Positions 26,213 through 40,659 of a stretch of 64,000 nucleotides of DNA are shown here, in pieces. The first letter of the stretch is position 1, and each line of letters starts with the position of its first letter. Source of the stretch: Octopus vulgaris (Eukaryota); the NCBI GenBank assembly GCA_951406725.2, contig OX597819.1:52700001-52764000 (forward strand). Reading direction: 5' to 3'. Under the pieces are notes generated by a model. That model saw only the letters and a program-made list of their open reading frames with translations. It did not search any database and had not been told where the DNA came from. The translations under genes and the position numbers were made by a program.

Positions 26213-26584
26213 CTTTTATTTTTTTTACTTGTTTCAGTCATTTGACTGTGGTCATGCTGGAGCACCACCTTTAGTTGAGCAAATTGACCCCGGGACTTAT
26301 TCTTTGTAAGCCTAGTAATTATTTTATCTGTCTCTTTTGCCGAACCGCTAAGTTACGGGGATGTAAACACACTAGCATCAGTTGTCAAGCGATGCTGGGG
26401 GGACAAACACACACAAACACATATGACGCACTTCTTCTAGTTTCTGTCCACCAAATCCACTCACAAGGCTTTGGTCAGCCCAAGGCTATAGTAGAAGACA
26501 CTTGCCCAAGATTCCACGCAGTGGGACTGAATCTGGAACCATGTAGTTGATAAGCAAGCTACTTACCACACAGCCACTCCTGCC
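26213..26584 (-). mobile_element. tRNA-CORE SINE (octopus OR1-like)
   Basis: Collinear with 47435-47842. Contains the CORE-like CTTGGGCAAGT motif. Confidence 0.9.
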
Positions 26585-28034
26585 TTTCATTTCTTCATTA
26601 CACAATGTTCTTGTATCAGTGTTTCCCCACCACTACCACCAAGCTAGAACTGTGCTCCATACTATATTTAGCAACCCTTGTTATATGCCATTTGTTAATT
26701 ATCATACACCTTCCAGAGATGGAGATAATTTTAATAAATCAAGAATTTATTTTGTATGGTATTTGGTATATCTATATTTGTTTTAGATACAAGTAAAATG
26801 GATTCTTAAGTCAAAAATTGACTTCAGCTATCATCAAAACACACACATACACACACAAAAAAAAAAAATAAGAAACTCATTTTTCTACATTGAAAACTAA
26901 CATTTCTAGAAAAATTTACAATTTTCAAAAAATATTATTACATAAACAAAACATATGCCAAGATTGGCTGGTTTATATTATTATCATTATTATTTGCACA
27001 GAACTGTGTTTTCATATTATTGCATCAATTAAAGAAGGGTGGTATGTCTATGTGTAGTAGTATCATAATTATATTATTGTATTTTAATCTTTAACCTAAT
27101 ATGAGAAAATGCAAAAAAAAAAACTTATTAGAAAAAATGTGGTGTGCACGCGCACACATACACACACCCAATTTCAATTATACCTCATCCATCGTGCTAT
27201 GTGATATATACGATACATGCAATTCACCAAAACTATGAGAAGGGAATTATACAACAAAAAGAGCATCTGTGCATGTATTTCCTTCACTATGTTGTAACCC
27301 ATTTCAATTTGATATAAATATAATTATAGATATAATATATAATATTTATATATGTGTACACACACACACACAGAGGGAGACAGACATTTAAAATGAGCCA
27401 AAAAAAATAAAACTATCTTTTCTAAATCTAAACAAATTATAATCTGAAAAAGCATGCTTTCAAGAAGACATGTCTGTAAATAAATAAATAAATAGATAAG
27501 TAAATAAATAAATAAATAAATAAAAGTGACAATTCTATTATCATTTTATTTTCAAATCAAGTAGAAGTTCATCTTTTCCATTTCCATTATTGTTTATTCC
27601 AAAGAAGAAAAAAAAATATGCTCTTATTTACCTCATTGTCTAAGAGATAAGTAAGAAATAAATGTCAAATATATATATAATGTTCTTAGAAAACTCTTGA
27701 TGCGCATACACACGCGCACACACACACACACTTCTGAAATATATAAAAAAAAATGAAGCTTTTCTGTTAATTTAAAAATATTTCTCCAGCCACCAACTGT
27801 TCTCATGCCAATGAGTATAGACAAAGCTGTATTCAAAATAATAAATATGCCTTTAGATTCGGCTGAAGTGAGATATCTGTATATCAGTAAATATTTTCCC
27901 AACTGGTAACAATTTAAGTCTTCCAGATCAAAACTTATGAATGAAAAATAGAATATCTTGGATTAAGCTTCATAATATTCCAATATTTGTAAAGAATTAT
28001 AAGCATCAGAGAAAACATGTAACCTACACTAAGG

Positions 28035-28083
<49 letters not shown>

Positions 28084-30030
28084 AACAAGACAAAATTACA
28101 AACAAAAAAAGATGTATAAAAATTAAAATTATATAAAAATTTCCTTTTGGATGATTAAACGACCACATGATAAGATTAAATATATAAAGTATCCAATCTT
28201 CTAAATATATAGATATACATACATGCAAATGTGCACACATACGTATACACATGCATACATACATATATGTGGGTGTGTGGATTAAAAGTAATATATGTAC
28301 ACAAATATCTACTCTGGATTGTAAATTCAAGATAGTTCAATTTTTGTTCCATTTTTCGCATAGATGTTGTCATAGCTTTAACAAATTATTTTCATTTTTA
28401 TTTTAATCAAGCATTTTCATGATAAATGTTTTGCTTTTAAATGAATTATGTGCTATGTGAAACTACATCAATGTCCATTATCTGTATGTATGTATAGACA
28501 TATTTTACCCATATGTATATACACGTTTTTTTATACACATATATACATACACACCCACACAAATACAGAGTGAAAGAGAGACAGGGTAGACCATGGGAGA
28601 TTTAACATAGACACATTTTGATCTCTCGCCTAAAATATTCCTGTTAGACTTCATCTGCTCCCCTCCCCATCACTCTCTGATATTCTTTGATAGTTGGCTG
28701 TCATCTCTGTATCAACAATACTCTCTTCACTCACCTTCCCCTTCATATTCACAGTAACTAAGGATACCAATACCTCACCAGTCAACTATACCATGATGCT
28801 TGAGCAAGTAAAGATGCTGTTGAATTTATTTGGTCCTTTCATTCTCTGACACTCATCCCTCTCTCTCTGAGTCAAGCCACCATGATACCCATATAACAAA
28901 ATATGGCCCTGAACTTGCCTGTATTCAATCCTTCCCACAGCTACCATCCATACCACTTCATCTCTCTCTCTCTCTCCCATCAAGATGCCTGCCTATGAGG
29001 GCTAACATCTTATTTGTTAGCATGCAATATAACCCAACCATCAAATCTTCACACCCTAGTCACTAGCTATTACTATCTGTCATTCAGCTTTTCTCTCTTT
29101 CTCACACTAATAAACATATAGCTATCACCAGAATGTGTTTTTTCATGTATGCATGGGTTTGATATGCATATAAGCACATATGTAATTTATAACTTTTTTT
29201 TTTCGTATATTTGTGGTCATGTGCATACAAGTGTGTATACATATTTATAATCCAACTAAACATGTGCATTTGTTATGTTTGCATTTAACTTTGTGTGTAT
29301 GTCTACTCATATTTTTGTATGTATGCATGTCGCAGCATGTCCGAACATTTTTCCATGCTCACTTTCTAAGAAAAAAATTCTGTTTGTCAGTGTATGTACA
29401 TGTACTTGTGTGTATGTGTGTGTGTGTGTGTATGTATGTGCACGCACATGTAAATATATAAATAAATGTACAATATATACATATGCGTGAGTAAATATGT
29501 TTATTCTTGGGTGTCAATATTGACGCTACATTCTGTATAAAATGTAAGCATGCCTACATTCAAACATAAAACATAAACATGTCTACATTCATACACATGT
29601 AAATACACTCTATGTTTGTGCATATGTGTTACATTCGTATTTTAGTCTCAACATGTTTATATGTATATTAATATACCAAGCATGCCACTTTGGAACAGTT
29701 TATATATTCAGTATCTATAGCCTGTCCCCACAACTTATCTTTCTGCTCTTATAGTTTCTTCTTGCTTGTCATTTCTTTATTCTTTTTTACTGTTTCCCCA
29801 TTCCTCTATTTCTCTGTTCACAATTCTCTGTGTGTGTATACACATAAGAATGTTTATAGACAAGTATCTCTATATGTTTAAATGTATAACCATCATCATC
29901 ATTCTACATCTGCTTTTCTATGTCAGCATGGGTTAGACAGATCAACACCATCCAAGTCAGATTCCTATTAGGTACCACTGCCATCATAGATGGGTTGGAG
30001 ACTATGCATTGCTTATATGCTTCATATATA

Positions 30031-30172
30031 CAGTAATGCCTCAATTTAGAAATTAATTAATTCCTGGAGAATGCTTGTAATAAGAAAACTTGCAAACAGA
30101 AAATAAAAACTTGTAAAAGCTCATAAACCTGGGGTTTCATAAAGCTGATCCTAATAAAGTGAGGCATTACTG
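30031..30172. mobile_element. pogo/Tigger-type MITE
   Basis: Perfect 12-bp TIR CAGTAATGCCTC / GAGGCATTACTG, TA on the left. Confidence 0.8.
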
Positions 30173-30191
30173 AGTCATCATCATTGTTTAA

Positions 30192-30414
30192 CCCTTTTGA
30201 TACCAACCTGCCTGAAACTGCCTCTGGCTCTGTAGTACAAATGTCTTGTTTTCAAAAGTTCTGAATCAAAATCTTCCACCAAACCTTAGTCACAATTCAT
30301 GTTCCTAACACTAGCTTAATGATAACTAAGTTGTTTTTTCTAAATTCTTTGTTATATTGAAAATCAATTGAAAGAAACATAGTGCATCTCAACAGAAATA
30401 TGGTAACAAAAGGG
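30192..30414 (+). mobile_element. TTAA-type (piggyBac-like) MITE family A, intact
   Basis: TTAA|CCCTTTTGATACCA ... TGGTAACAAAAGGG|TTAA. Other copies near 2522, 24205, 39614 and 61800. Confidence 0.9.
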
Positions 30415-30964
30415 TTAACATCTGCCTATCAAAGTAATGCTTGTCACTACTTCAACATGGCTGTTCTGTATGAATCAACATTACTACCATTTTTAACCCC
30501 AAGAGGATGCTTCCTCTAGCTGGTTATCAATGCAATCTGCAAAATAGCTAGTTAGTAGCTAGATGTTGCAAGATTAGCAACTGATTGTCACTTATTTTTC
30601 TATATATTGCGAGCTCGAATGAATTATTGCTATCTCTAGTGGACAGGAAACTGGAAGAAGTCTATTGTATACATGTGCATGTGTATATGTTTGTGCCTTT
30701 GTTTTAGCATCACATGATGGTTATGAACAAGCATCACCATCATACAAGCTACGTTGTCCATTTCCAGTCTTCCGTGAAAAGTATGCCTGGCTATGGATTA
30801 ATAATACCTTGCCTGGAAACAAGTGAGGGTTGCCAACAGGAGATCTATCCAGCCATAGAAATTCCACCTTAACAAACTCTATTTAATCCATGTTAGTATG
30901 GAAAAGCAGACATTACATTATGATGATGTCATACAACAGTCATATATGCAATTTTACATTATAC

Positions 30965-31169
30965 CTTCCAAATGGCCAGGGGTAGCTGAATGATTGCAAC
31001 AAAGTAAACTCAATTGAAAGCAAGCAAGCACAGGTGATAGCATTAGATTCTCTAGCCACATTAAAAATTCATATTTGTACCTATAATTAATGACTGGACC
31101 ATTCAGCTGTCTTACTAGACGTCTAATCAACCATCTTTTGAAAGCTGGGTTTTTAGGCAAAGAAAATTA
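30965..31169 (-). other. Candidate non-coding exon
   Basis: Acceptor TTTATTTTCTAACTGTGTTTCAG| with a CTAAC branch-like motif. Moderate donor AAG|GTATAA. Unique sequence. Confidence 0.25.
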
Positions 31170-32770
31170 CTGAAACACAGTTAGAAAATAAATTCTTTAA
31201 GCAGAAGAGTGAAAATATGCAAGATTTTCCTAAGTTCAAATCTTCACCAATGTTGTTATCTGAGTTCTAGCTAAAATGTTGTCTCAGTTATATGATACAG
31301 CATATAAAGATCATTAGCATTGACCTTGAATCATAGGCTCTATCAGTATAACCTGCAATGGTGATAGTTAATATCATCCTAGTCTTCATGTTGTCCAAAT
31401 AATGGATTTCTTCAAACATTCTAATAACCCAAAAGTTGCTATTAGTGATACTACAATAGTCATGATGGAATATGGTCATATTGAATGAGAATATGGCTAA
31501 AGAAGCTGTATTTATTTATTCTTGTTCATCAGTCACTGGAGAGAGCGACAGAAAGACAGAGTAAAAATCCTAGGTTGGTTGCTTAGTGGGAGCTGAGAAA
31601 GATTACAGAGACAAGCTTAAAGGATCTTGAAAGGCTGAGACAAGTAGTGATAGATATGCAGACCCATCCAACAAATAAATGACAGTAAGGAAACAGACAT
31701 AATCGTAGTCATGGTGATCATTATAATATAGAGGAGGAGGAGGAGCAGGAGGCTATGCATTACCATAAGATGACTAGTGTTACAAATCTAAACTCATGCA
31801 CAAGATTTTGATGCCCTTCCACATACTTAGTTTCAAATGGTCATCAAATTTAAAAGGATTTTTTTTCAACGCAAGACACCATATATATATATGCAAAGTG
31901 CGTGTGTGTGTGTTTATGTGGATCTGTTTACACACACACACAGGTAAAAACAGCCTTTGTATGTGTATAAAAATTTGTCAGGAAACATAATGTGTAAACA
32001 AAAGAATCCATTTCCTTTAGTTCACAACAACTGAACTGCAGAAAAATCTCTAAAAGCTGCAGTTGATACTCGGATATTGTCATTTCTGTGTAAAAATAAC
32101 AAGAGTCAGAAATGTGTACTTCACTTAGAACAGAAACACAATAATCTGAACATATTGACTCCTTCTATAAACACTTCAATCATACCCCCATCAAGAAAGC
32201 AGGAGATTTTGTGAAGTTTATATCTGGAATTAAAAACAAGAGAAAAAATGTAATACATAGGCACACACACACTTACATGCATACACATAACACACATATA
32301 AAAGACTGTGAATTTTCCTATCTTGGAATTTGAGAATGAGGTTGAGAGTGAAGAAGCATATGTCTGTGTTGAAGACTTGAATTTATAATCGTCTGGGAGT
32401 AATAGAGAAAATAAACTCATTATAGTTGACAGAAACAATGAAACATGTATGCTTATGATTATCATAAAGCAAATGAGACAGTGATATGCATTTGATTCTG
32501 GGGGAATTGATGTAGGAAGGATGAGTACAAATATATATTGAATCAAATAAATTTGACATAGTGACAAGAAGAAATTCAAAAGCATTAAATGCATACGTTT
32601 TTATAGATTCACGAGATATATATAGATGTGTGTGTGTGTGTGTGTGTACTTGTACACGTACACACACATATAGTTGTCATCATCGTCATCATCAAAGTCT
32701 AGGTATAGGTGTGTGGTTAAAATGATTGCTTCCCAACTATGTTGTCTTTTACTATATATATATATAATAT

Positions 32771-32966
32771 ATACATATATACCTAATTATACATATTTAT
32801 ATATATATACATACATATATACCTAAATATACATATTTATATATATATACATACATATATACCTAAATATACATATTTATATATATATACATACATATAT
32901 ACCTAAATATACATATTTATATATATATACATACATATATACCTAAATATACATATTTATATATAT

Positions 32967-32980
<14 letters not shown>
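32771..32980. repeat. 40-bp minisatellite, about 5 near-perfect copies
   Basis: Unit ATACATATATACCTAAATATACATATTTATATATATATAC. Confidence 0.9.
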
Positions 32981-33015
<35 letters not shown>

Positions 33016-34392
33016 ATGTATATATTTATATACACATATAACAATACATATATGTATATATATATTGGGCCAATGAAAATCTGGTGAGTGAATTTGGTAG
33101 AGGGAAATAAGGAAAACTATGACATAATTGTCTGTGTATGCATATCGTCACGCACACACGTGTGTGTGCATATATACATACATACATACATACATACATA
33201 CATACATACATACATACATACATACATACATAGTCATGACTGTGTAGTTAAGAAGCTTGCTTCTCAACCATGTTGTCTTGAGTTCAGTCCCAATGTGCAG
33301 CACCTCAGGCAGGTGTCTTCTAGTATAACCCTAGGGTGACCAAAGCTTTGTGAGTGGACTTAGTAGACAGAAAATAAAAAAAACATATCTACTTTGTGCG
33401 TGTTTGTGTATGAGAGAGAGAGATTGAGCGAGAATCCTTGTATGTACCCTTGTCCAGACACAATGTGCTGGTTTTAAATGTGCATCATTGTTATACAAGT
33501 GAGGCTGGTCCTTTCCAGTCTTCCATGAAAAACATGTTTGGCAATGGGGAAATGTTGCCTTATAGGGGGGAAAAAAGTGAAAGTTAGCAACAGGAAGGAC
33601 ATGCAGCTGTAGAAGATGTACCTCAACAAATAGTCTGGCCCAGGCAAACATGGAAAAGCAAATATTAAATGATAATATACACAAATATATATATAATATG
33701 TATACATATTTTTATATACATGTATATATACACATGTAATATTTATACATATTTTTAAATGTATATAAATATATATATACATATATGTATATATATATAT
33801 ATATGTATTTTTATATGTGTATATAAATATATACATACAATATATATATGTATTTATGTGTATATATATATATACACATGTAGTATAAACATATATATAT
33901 ATATACATGTATTATAAATTTATATATATTACACACACACACGCATACATGCACAAAATATATATATATATATACACACACATATACATGTGTTTGTGAA
34001 TGCCTGTATACTTCCCTCTCTCTCTCACTCGCTGCATATATATAGAGAGGGAGAGAGAGAGAGAGTGAGAGAGAGAGAGAGGGAGGAAGAGAACATACAC
34101 ATACATACATACATATATCTTAGAAATGGAATAAATTTATGTGTTATGGCTGTGTGTAAGGATTCATATATGTATAACCACATAGATACAAAGCTGATTA
34201 TATACATGTACAAAGACATAATGCAGAAACATCTACCTACCTACCTACATATCTATACTTACATATATACATACATTATAAATAGCATTCATTGCATTGA
34301 ATGAGGGGGAAAAAAAAACTATAAGAGTAAATAAAAAGACTTTTAAAAAACAATAACAAAAAGAAATTTCAGAAAGAACCAAAAAATTAAAA

Positions 34393-34427
<35 letters not shown>

Positions 34428-34605
34428 TACAATATATTCTTATATATATATATATACACACATACACACTCACACACCTACTCACATTGTATATATATGT
34501 GTGCGTGTGTGCATGCATGCACGTGCACATGAAGACATATAAAATTATATATGCGCATGAAAATAAATGTATATATATATTTGTATGTATATATGTATCT
34601 ATGTA

Positions 34606-34641
<36 letters not shown>

Positions 34642-34723
34642 CATACACACACACACACACACACATAGGAGTTGTATACATGTATATGTGCAGATCTATA
34701 TACATATATAAACCCACACATAA

Positions 34724-34759
<36 letters not shown>

Positions 34760-35218
34760 CTCAATTAATATCCAGCAATATATTCACCATTTCAACAATA
34801 AAATGCTAGGCTATTCAAAGGACAAATAGATCTCATCAAACTAAATTACACATTATAGTGAATTCAAAGAGGATTTTTTCTTTTCTGTTCTTTCATTTTT
34901 TTCAATATTCCTTATTTTCATATATTTGTTTTTTGTTATTTTTACATATATACATAGATACATACATATATATCTATATCTATATCTATCTATATATATA
35001 TATATAATATATATCTATATATATATAATTTCTCTTTTGCTTGTTTTTACTTAGTATTGTTGTTTCTTTTTTTTTTTCTCTCATTGATGGCCATTTTTGC
35101 ACAAAATATATTCTTTGAATTTCTAATAAATACTTTGAACACAAAAATGACTAAGTAGAATAGATATAGAATTGTTTTATTCCTTTTTTTTTCCTCCACC
35201 ATTTGTTTTGTTTTAGTG

Positions 35219-35267
<49 letters not shown>

Positions 35268-35500
35268 TATATATATGTATGTAAATATATATATATGTAC
35301 ATATCATTTATATTTTTTTCTAATGCTGTGGAAGCATAAAAATATTGCACATATGATATGAAAGAAAATGATAAATATATCTTTCAAACCATGAAACATG
35401 CATTAATTGCAGCCATTAAGACTGCATATATATATCTATATCTATATATACTCATACATATATTACACATACACACACAAGAAATGTAGTGTTTGTGAAT

Positions 35501-35546
<46 letters not shown>

Positions 35547-35637
35547 CACACACACACACACGATATATGCATGTAGCTAGATACATACACACAAAAGTAC
35601 GCTCTGATATCTCAAAATGGAAACACACACACACACA

Positions 35638-35670
<33 letters not shown>

Positions 35671-36066
35671 TGAGGGAAATAGATATATAAATAATTAAAT
35701 AAATAAACAAATAAATAAAAGTGAAACTACAAAAGTAAAATAATAAAACACACATTCACACACACAACAAAAAGAATGAAAATATATCTGACTTCTTTCG
35801 AAATAGATAAGCTATTTTTCACAACAGTAATAGTCACACAACATTTTAGTTTTAAACACATAAGACTGCATATTTTATAGTCCTCTGCAATAAACTACAG
35901 AGAATGATAATAACTATAACAACAACAATAAAATTAATGATAATAATAATAACAATAATAATGTCTACATTTGTGTGTGTGTGTGTATGTATGTAATACA
36001 TACATATGTGTGTATGTAATATATATATATATATACATATATATATAATGCATATAAATATTTAAT

Positions 36067-36127
<61 letters not shown>

Positions 36128-37240
36128 ATATATATATATATAAATATAGATAGATAGATATATTCAATGCATTATATGAATAAATACATATATAATACAT
36201 ACATATGTATGTATTTATGTATGTAAGTATGTATATTGCACATGACTGAGCAAAGATAAAATGAGGTGGAATGGTAGACTTAATTTTATAAAAAAAATAT
36301 CTATAAGTAAAATTTATTTTTGTAAAAATATGTGTGTGTGCGTGCGTGTGTGTGTGTGTGTGTGTCTAATACATATTTCATACATGGGAAACCGAAATCA
36401 AAACAATAAAAAAAAACCTATGCAACTTTGCACACTCAGCCATTATTTTAGTTTTTGCCACATAAAGTATGTCTATATGTGTGTTTGTGTGTGTGTGTGT
36501 GTGAGCGTCCGCACGTATACACACATGCGCGCATGCGCACACACACATATATGGTATATGTGGGGGAGAACAGAGAGAGAGAAAGATAGAAAGAAGCTCT
36601 GTAGACGATAAGAAGAGACTAAGTCAATTGAATCAACTAACAATGATGACGAGGGGGAGGAGGGATGAGAGAGGGGAAGGGAGAGAGAGAGAGAGAGAGA
36701 GATGGAGAAGACCGAGGTGAGAGAGGGAGGGAGGGAGGGAAAGAGAGAACAAGTGAGGTGGAAAAAATTTGAGGATGTGATGCCATTCATAAAGACATTT
36801 ACGCTCCATGTTAGAATAGCTTCAACTAATAAAATGGTTCCTCTGATGTTTCAGATCTAAACAGAAGCTACTGCAGATAACTGGCTCTGCAGACATGGCA
36901 GTAAGCAGTGGAGGGAGTGTGGAGGAAGAGAAGGAGAGAGGAAAAGAGAAGGAGAGAGAGAGAGGGGGGCAGAGACAGACAGGCAGGTGTAGAGAGAGGA
37001 TTTGGCAAAGGACTTGTTGAATGCAGTGTCCATTTTCTTCTATAAAGAGAAGAATCTTGAGTTCACATCCAGCGAATGGTGTTGTGTTTTGACATTAGGA
37101 AACAAACTACTGAAACATCAGACTCAGTTACATGACAGGAAAATCAGAGAGAGAGAGAAAGAAAAGAGAAAGTGAGGACAAATTTCATGTCAGGGTACCT
37201 GATTAAGTTGTGATGGAAGAGTAATTGGGAAGGAGTTTTC

Positions 37241-37615
37241 ATTTTACTTGTTTCAGTCTTTTGATTGCGGCCATGCTGGTGCACTGCCTTACAGGGTTTT
37301 TCAGTTAAAGAAATCAACCCCAGGACGTATTCTCTGTAAGCCGAGTACTTATTTTTTTGTTCTCTTTCACCAAACAGCTACATTATGGGGACATAAATAC
37401 ACCAACATTGGTTGTCAAGCAACAGTGGGGGACAAACACAGACACAGATACACATATATATGCATTGGGATTCTTTCGGTTTCCAACTACCAAATCCACT
37501 CACAAGGCTTTGGTCAGTCCAAGGCTATAGTAGAAGACACTTGCCCAAGGTGCCACACAGTGGGACCGAATCCAGAATCATGCAATTGGGAAGCAAGCTT
37601 TCACACAGTATTGCC
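37241..37615 (-). mobile_element. tRNA-CORE SINE (OR1-like), followed by a second older copy at ~37640-37995
   Basis: Collinear with 47435-47842. Confidence 0.85.
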
Positions 37616-39827
37616 TATTCTTTTACTTTTTTACTCATTAGACCATGGCCATGCTTGAGCACTGTTTCCAAAGGTTCTAGTTGACCAAATCAACCCAATC
37701 AACCCCAGGACCTATTTTCAGTTCAGTACTTATACTCCATTGACTTGTCTTTTGCTGAACTGTTGAGTTCAAGGGCACAAACAGCTTGACACTAGTTGTC
37801 AAAACACACAAACACACACACACACATAAATACAAAATCATGCACGAAGAGTTCTACAAAGTTTCTATCCACCAAATTCACTCACAAATTATTGGGTGGC
37901 CTGGATTTGTAGTAAAAGACACTTGCCCAAGGTGTCAAACAGTGGGGCTGAATCTGGAACTATTTGGTTGTAAAGTCAGCTTCTTAATCAAACAGCCAAT
38001 TATACAATTTGTGAACAATGGTGTGATTGGTTATAGGATTTTCAAATGGGTAAAACTGACTAGGGATTATCTATATAACCCAGGTGGAACAAATATTACA
38101 ATGATTTGCATGACTTTAACAGGGCTTAAACAAAGGGACAAACTAAGATATTAAGATAAGACTGCAACACTGTGGCCTTGCACCAATAATGTACAAGTTA
38201 TGATCAAGTCAACTGATCCCACTACATGCCTATTACTTATTTTATCAACCTCCAGGGATGTGAAAAAGTTGACTTGGACAGGAATTGAAACCCAGAACAC
38301 AATGGAACAAATGGCACTTTACTATTTCTGTTACAGCATTCTAACCACTTCTAACTTTGGAAGAAATCCATATATATGAAAAGAAGGGATTTAGTGTTTT
38401 GTTCTTTAATATATCTCAATACAAAACTAGTATATGTTTACACTGCTAAGAAAGAAGAAGATGATGATGATGATGATGATGATGAGGAGGAGGAGGAGGA
38501 GGAGGAGGAGGAGGAGGAGGAGGATTCTGAAAACCAGAATCATTAATATAGTGATCTAAACAGATAAACAATATAGTGATCTAAACAGATAAACAAGACT
38601 TGTTTATGTGTTCAGGGTATACATACTAATATAATCATTTTGTCACTTAGCAAGTCCCAGATGACAGAGCTGTAAGTGTGAACCATTTTTTGAATATTGT
38701 AGCCTGTTAACATATTTACTTAACTGTGGAATCGTACAGAAAAAGGAATAGGAGTTCTGCAAACTCCTTATCCTTTTTTTTTTTGTTCTTATTAGACTAT
38801 AATAAAATAAGATACTTTGGATATACATTTAGTAACCAGAACATTATAGAAACTTTCAACTCACATGATGTTTTATCTCCAAAGTATTATATTTGCTGAC
38901 AGAGCAATTAACGTCATTATTTGGGCAGGAAGTTTTAGCAAAGCCCAAAACGACAAATTCAAAACAAACAAATGAAATCTTTAAACCAATAACACCTATT
39001 GTTAATAATTCTGATACTTTACATGCTACACAAGAACCAAAGAGAAAATGACAAAATTGAAGATTTGGACACAGTCTAAGGCTTCTTAACATTTAAACAA
39101 TGTTGTTGCATGCAAACAATAAAGATATTTGGTAGATGTTGCAGAATGGTTGACATCTGAAATCTCCCTTTCTCTTGCTCATGTGTGCATGCATATTATT
39201 CAGTTTTTATTTCAAGATTTCTTGCCGATAAAGAAAGATCCAGTTTCTAACCTAGATCCAAGGCTCCTTCACTGGAACTTCAACATCAACAGTGTGTGCA
39301 TGTGTGCTTGTTTTCTTTTGGCTGATACTTTAAATGCTATAGGGGTTAAGATGAGATATTCAGTAGAAAATTGTATAGTTGCTTTCAAGGGAAAAACTGA
39401 ATTTTGTTTTTTGTTTGTTTTGTTTTTTTTTATTGTCAGGATTTAAAAAATACAGATAAACATTAAAGGGCTCATGTAACAAATACTAAATAGTTAGAAA
39501 TTTCCATCTGCAAAATATGTATCAAGAGACACATGAGTATAAATCCTGATAGCGCTTTCCACCACTACCACCATTAGAACCTGCTATAGCTACACTAGAA
39601 ACTTAGCTATTAACCCTTTTGATACCAATTTCCCCAGGACTCACTCTGGTTCTATGGTACAAACTTTGTAAATTAAAATGATCTAAACTAAAACTTCTCA
39701 CCAAAATTCCATGTTCTGTTCCAAACATCAGCTTCATAAGAACAAAGTTATTTTACAATACACTTCATTATTTTCTAAATTAATTGGTGGTGGTGGTGGG
39801 AGAGACTATATTTAAACGGAAATAATT

Positions 39828-40200
39828 AGGTGCATGTGTGGCTGCGTGGTTTAGAAGCTCTCTTTGCAACCACATGGTTTTGGTTTCAGTCCCACTGTGC
39901 AGCACCTTAGGCAGGTCTCATTGCTTTGTGAGCGACTTTGGTAGATAGCAACTATATAGAAGCCTATCGTGTGTGTGTGTTTTTATTTGTCATCCACTAC
40001 CACTGCTTGACAACCAGTCTTATTTTGTTTACATCCCTATAACTTAGAAGATTGGTAAAAAAAAAAAAACCAATAGAATAAGTACAGACTTTAAAAAAAA
40101 AAAGTATAAGTTCTGTGGTTGATTTGTTTTACTAAAGCCCTTCAAGGCAATGCTCCAGTAGGACCACAATCCAATGTAATAAGTAAAAAATAAAGAAAAA
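39828..40200 (+). mobile_element. tRNA-CORE SINE (OR1-like), diverged
   Basis: Head GTGTGGCTGCGTGGT..CAGTCCCACTG and tail GGCAATGCTCCAG match 61878-62270. Confidence 0.75.
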
Positions 40201-40594
40201 AATGACACAAGGATTAAACTTTTTATTTTGATAAATCCTTTAAAGCTAAAATTAACAGACACCAAGTGTGACACAAGTTCAACAATTAGTCTCAGCTAAC
40301 ACAAGGAAAACAATTCGTATTCAACAAGGAAACTTTTAATTAAGAGTTGGAGAGAGAAAGAGAGAGGATGAGGGGAGTGAGCATGTCTGTAGTGAACGAG
40401 TTGATGAATGGAAATTTCAGCTGTAAAAAAATAAGCAATGCATGGAGAGAGAGAGAGAGAGAGAGAGAGACAAAGACTGAGGGGGGGAAAAGAGAGTTAG
40501 GAACAGATATACATACATAGAGAGAAAGACAGAGAAAGAAATATGAAGTTAGAGATAGCTATACATAGACAGACAAATAGATAGAGAGAGAGAA

Positions 40595-40659
<65 letters not shown>

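Noticed and set aside
28600-28990. Possible Penelope GIY-YIG remnant (GPNKFNSIFTCSSIMV on the minus strand)
   Set aside because: Only a short FTCxS-like resemblance, with no supporting downstream motifs.
38453-38525. Poly-Asp/Glu-coding-like (GAT)n(GAG)n tract
   Set aside because: Compound trinucleotide microsatellite with nearby stops and no convincing splice context.
38545-38596. Short direct repeats (25 bp x2 here, ~17 bp x3 at 6585-6640) considered as CRISPR-like
   Set aside because: Contiguous slippage duplications without unique spacers, in eukaryotic DNA.
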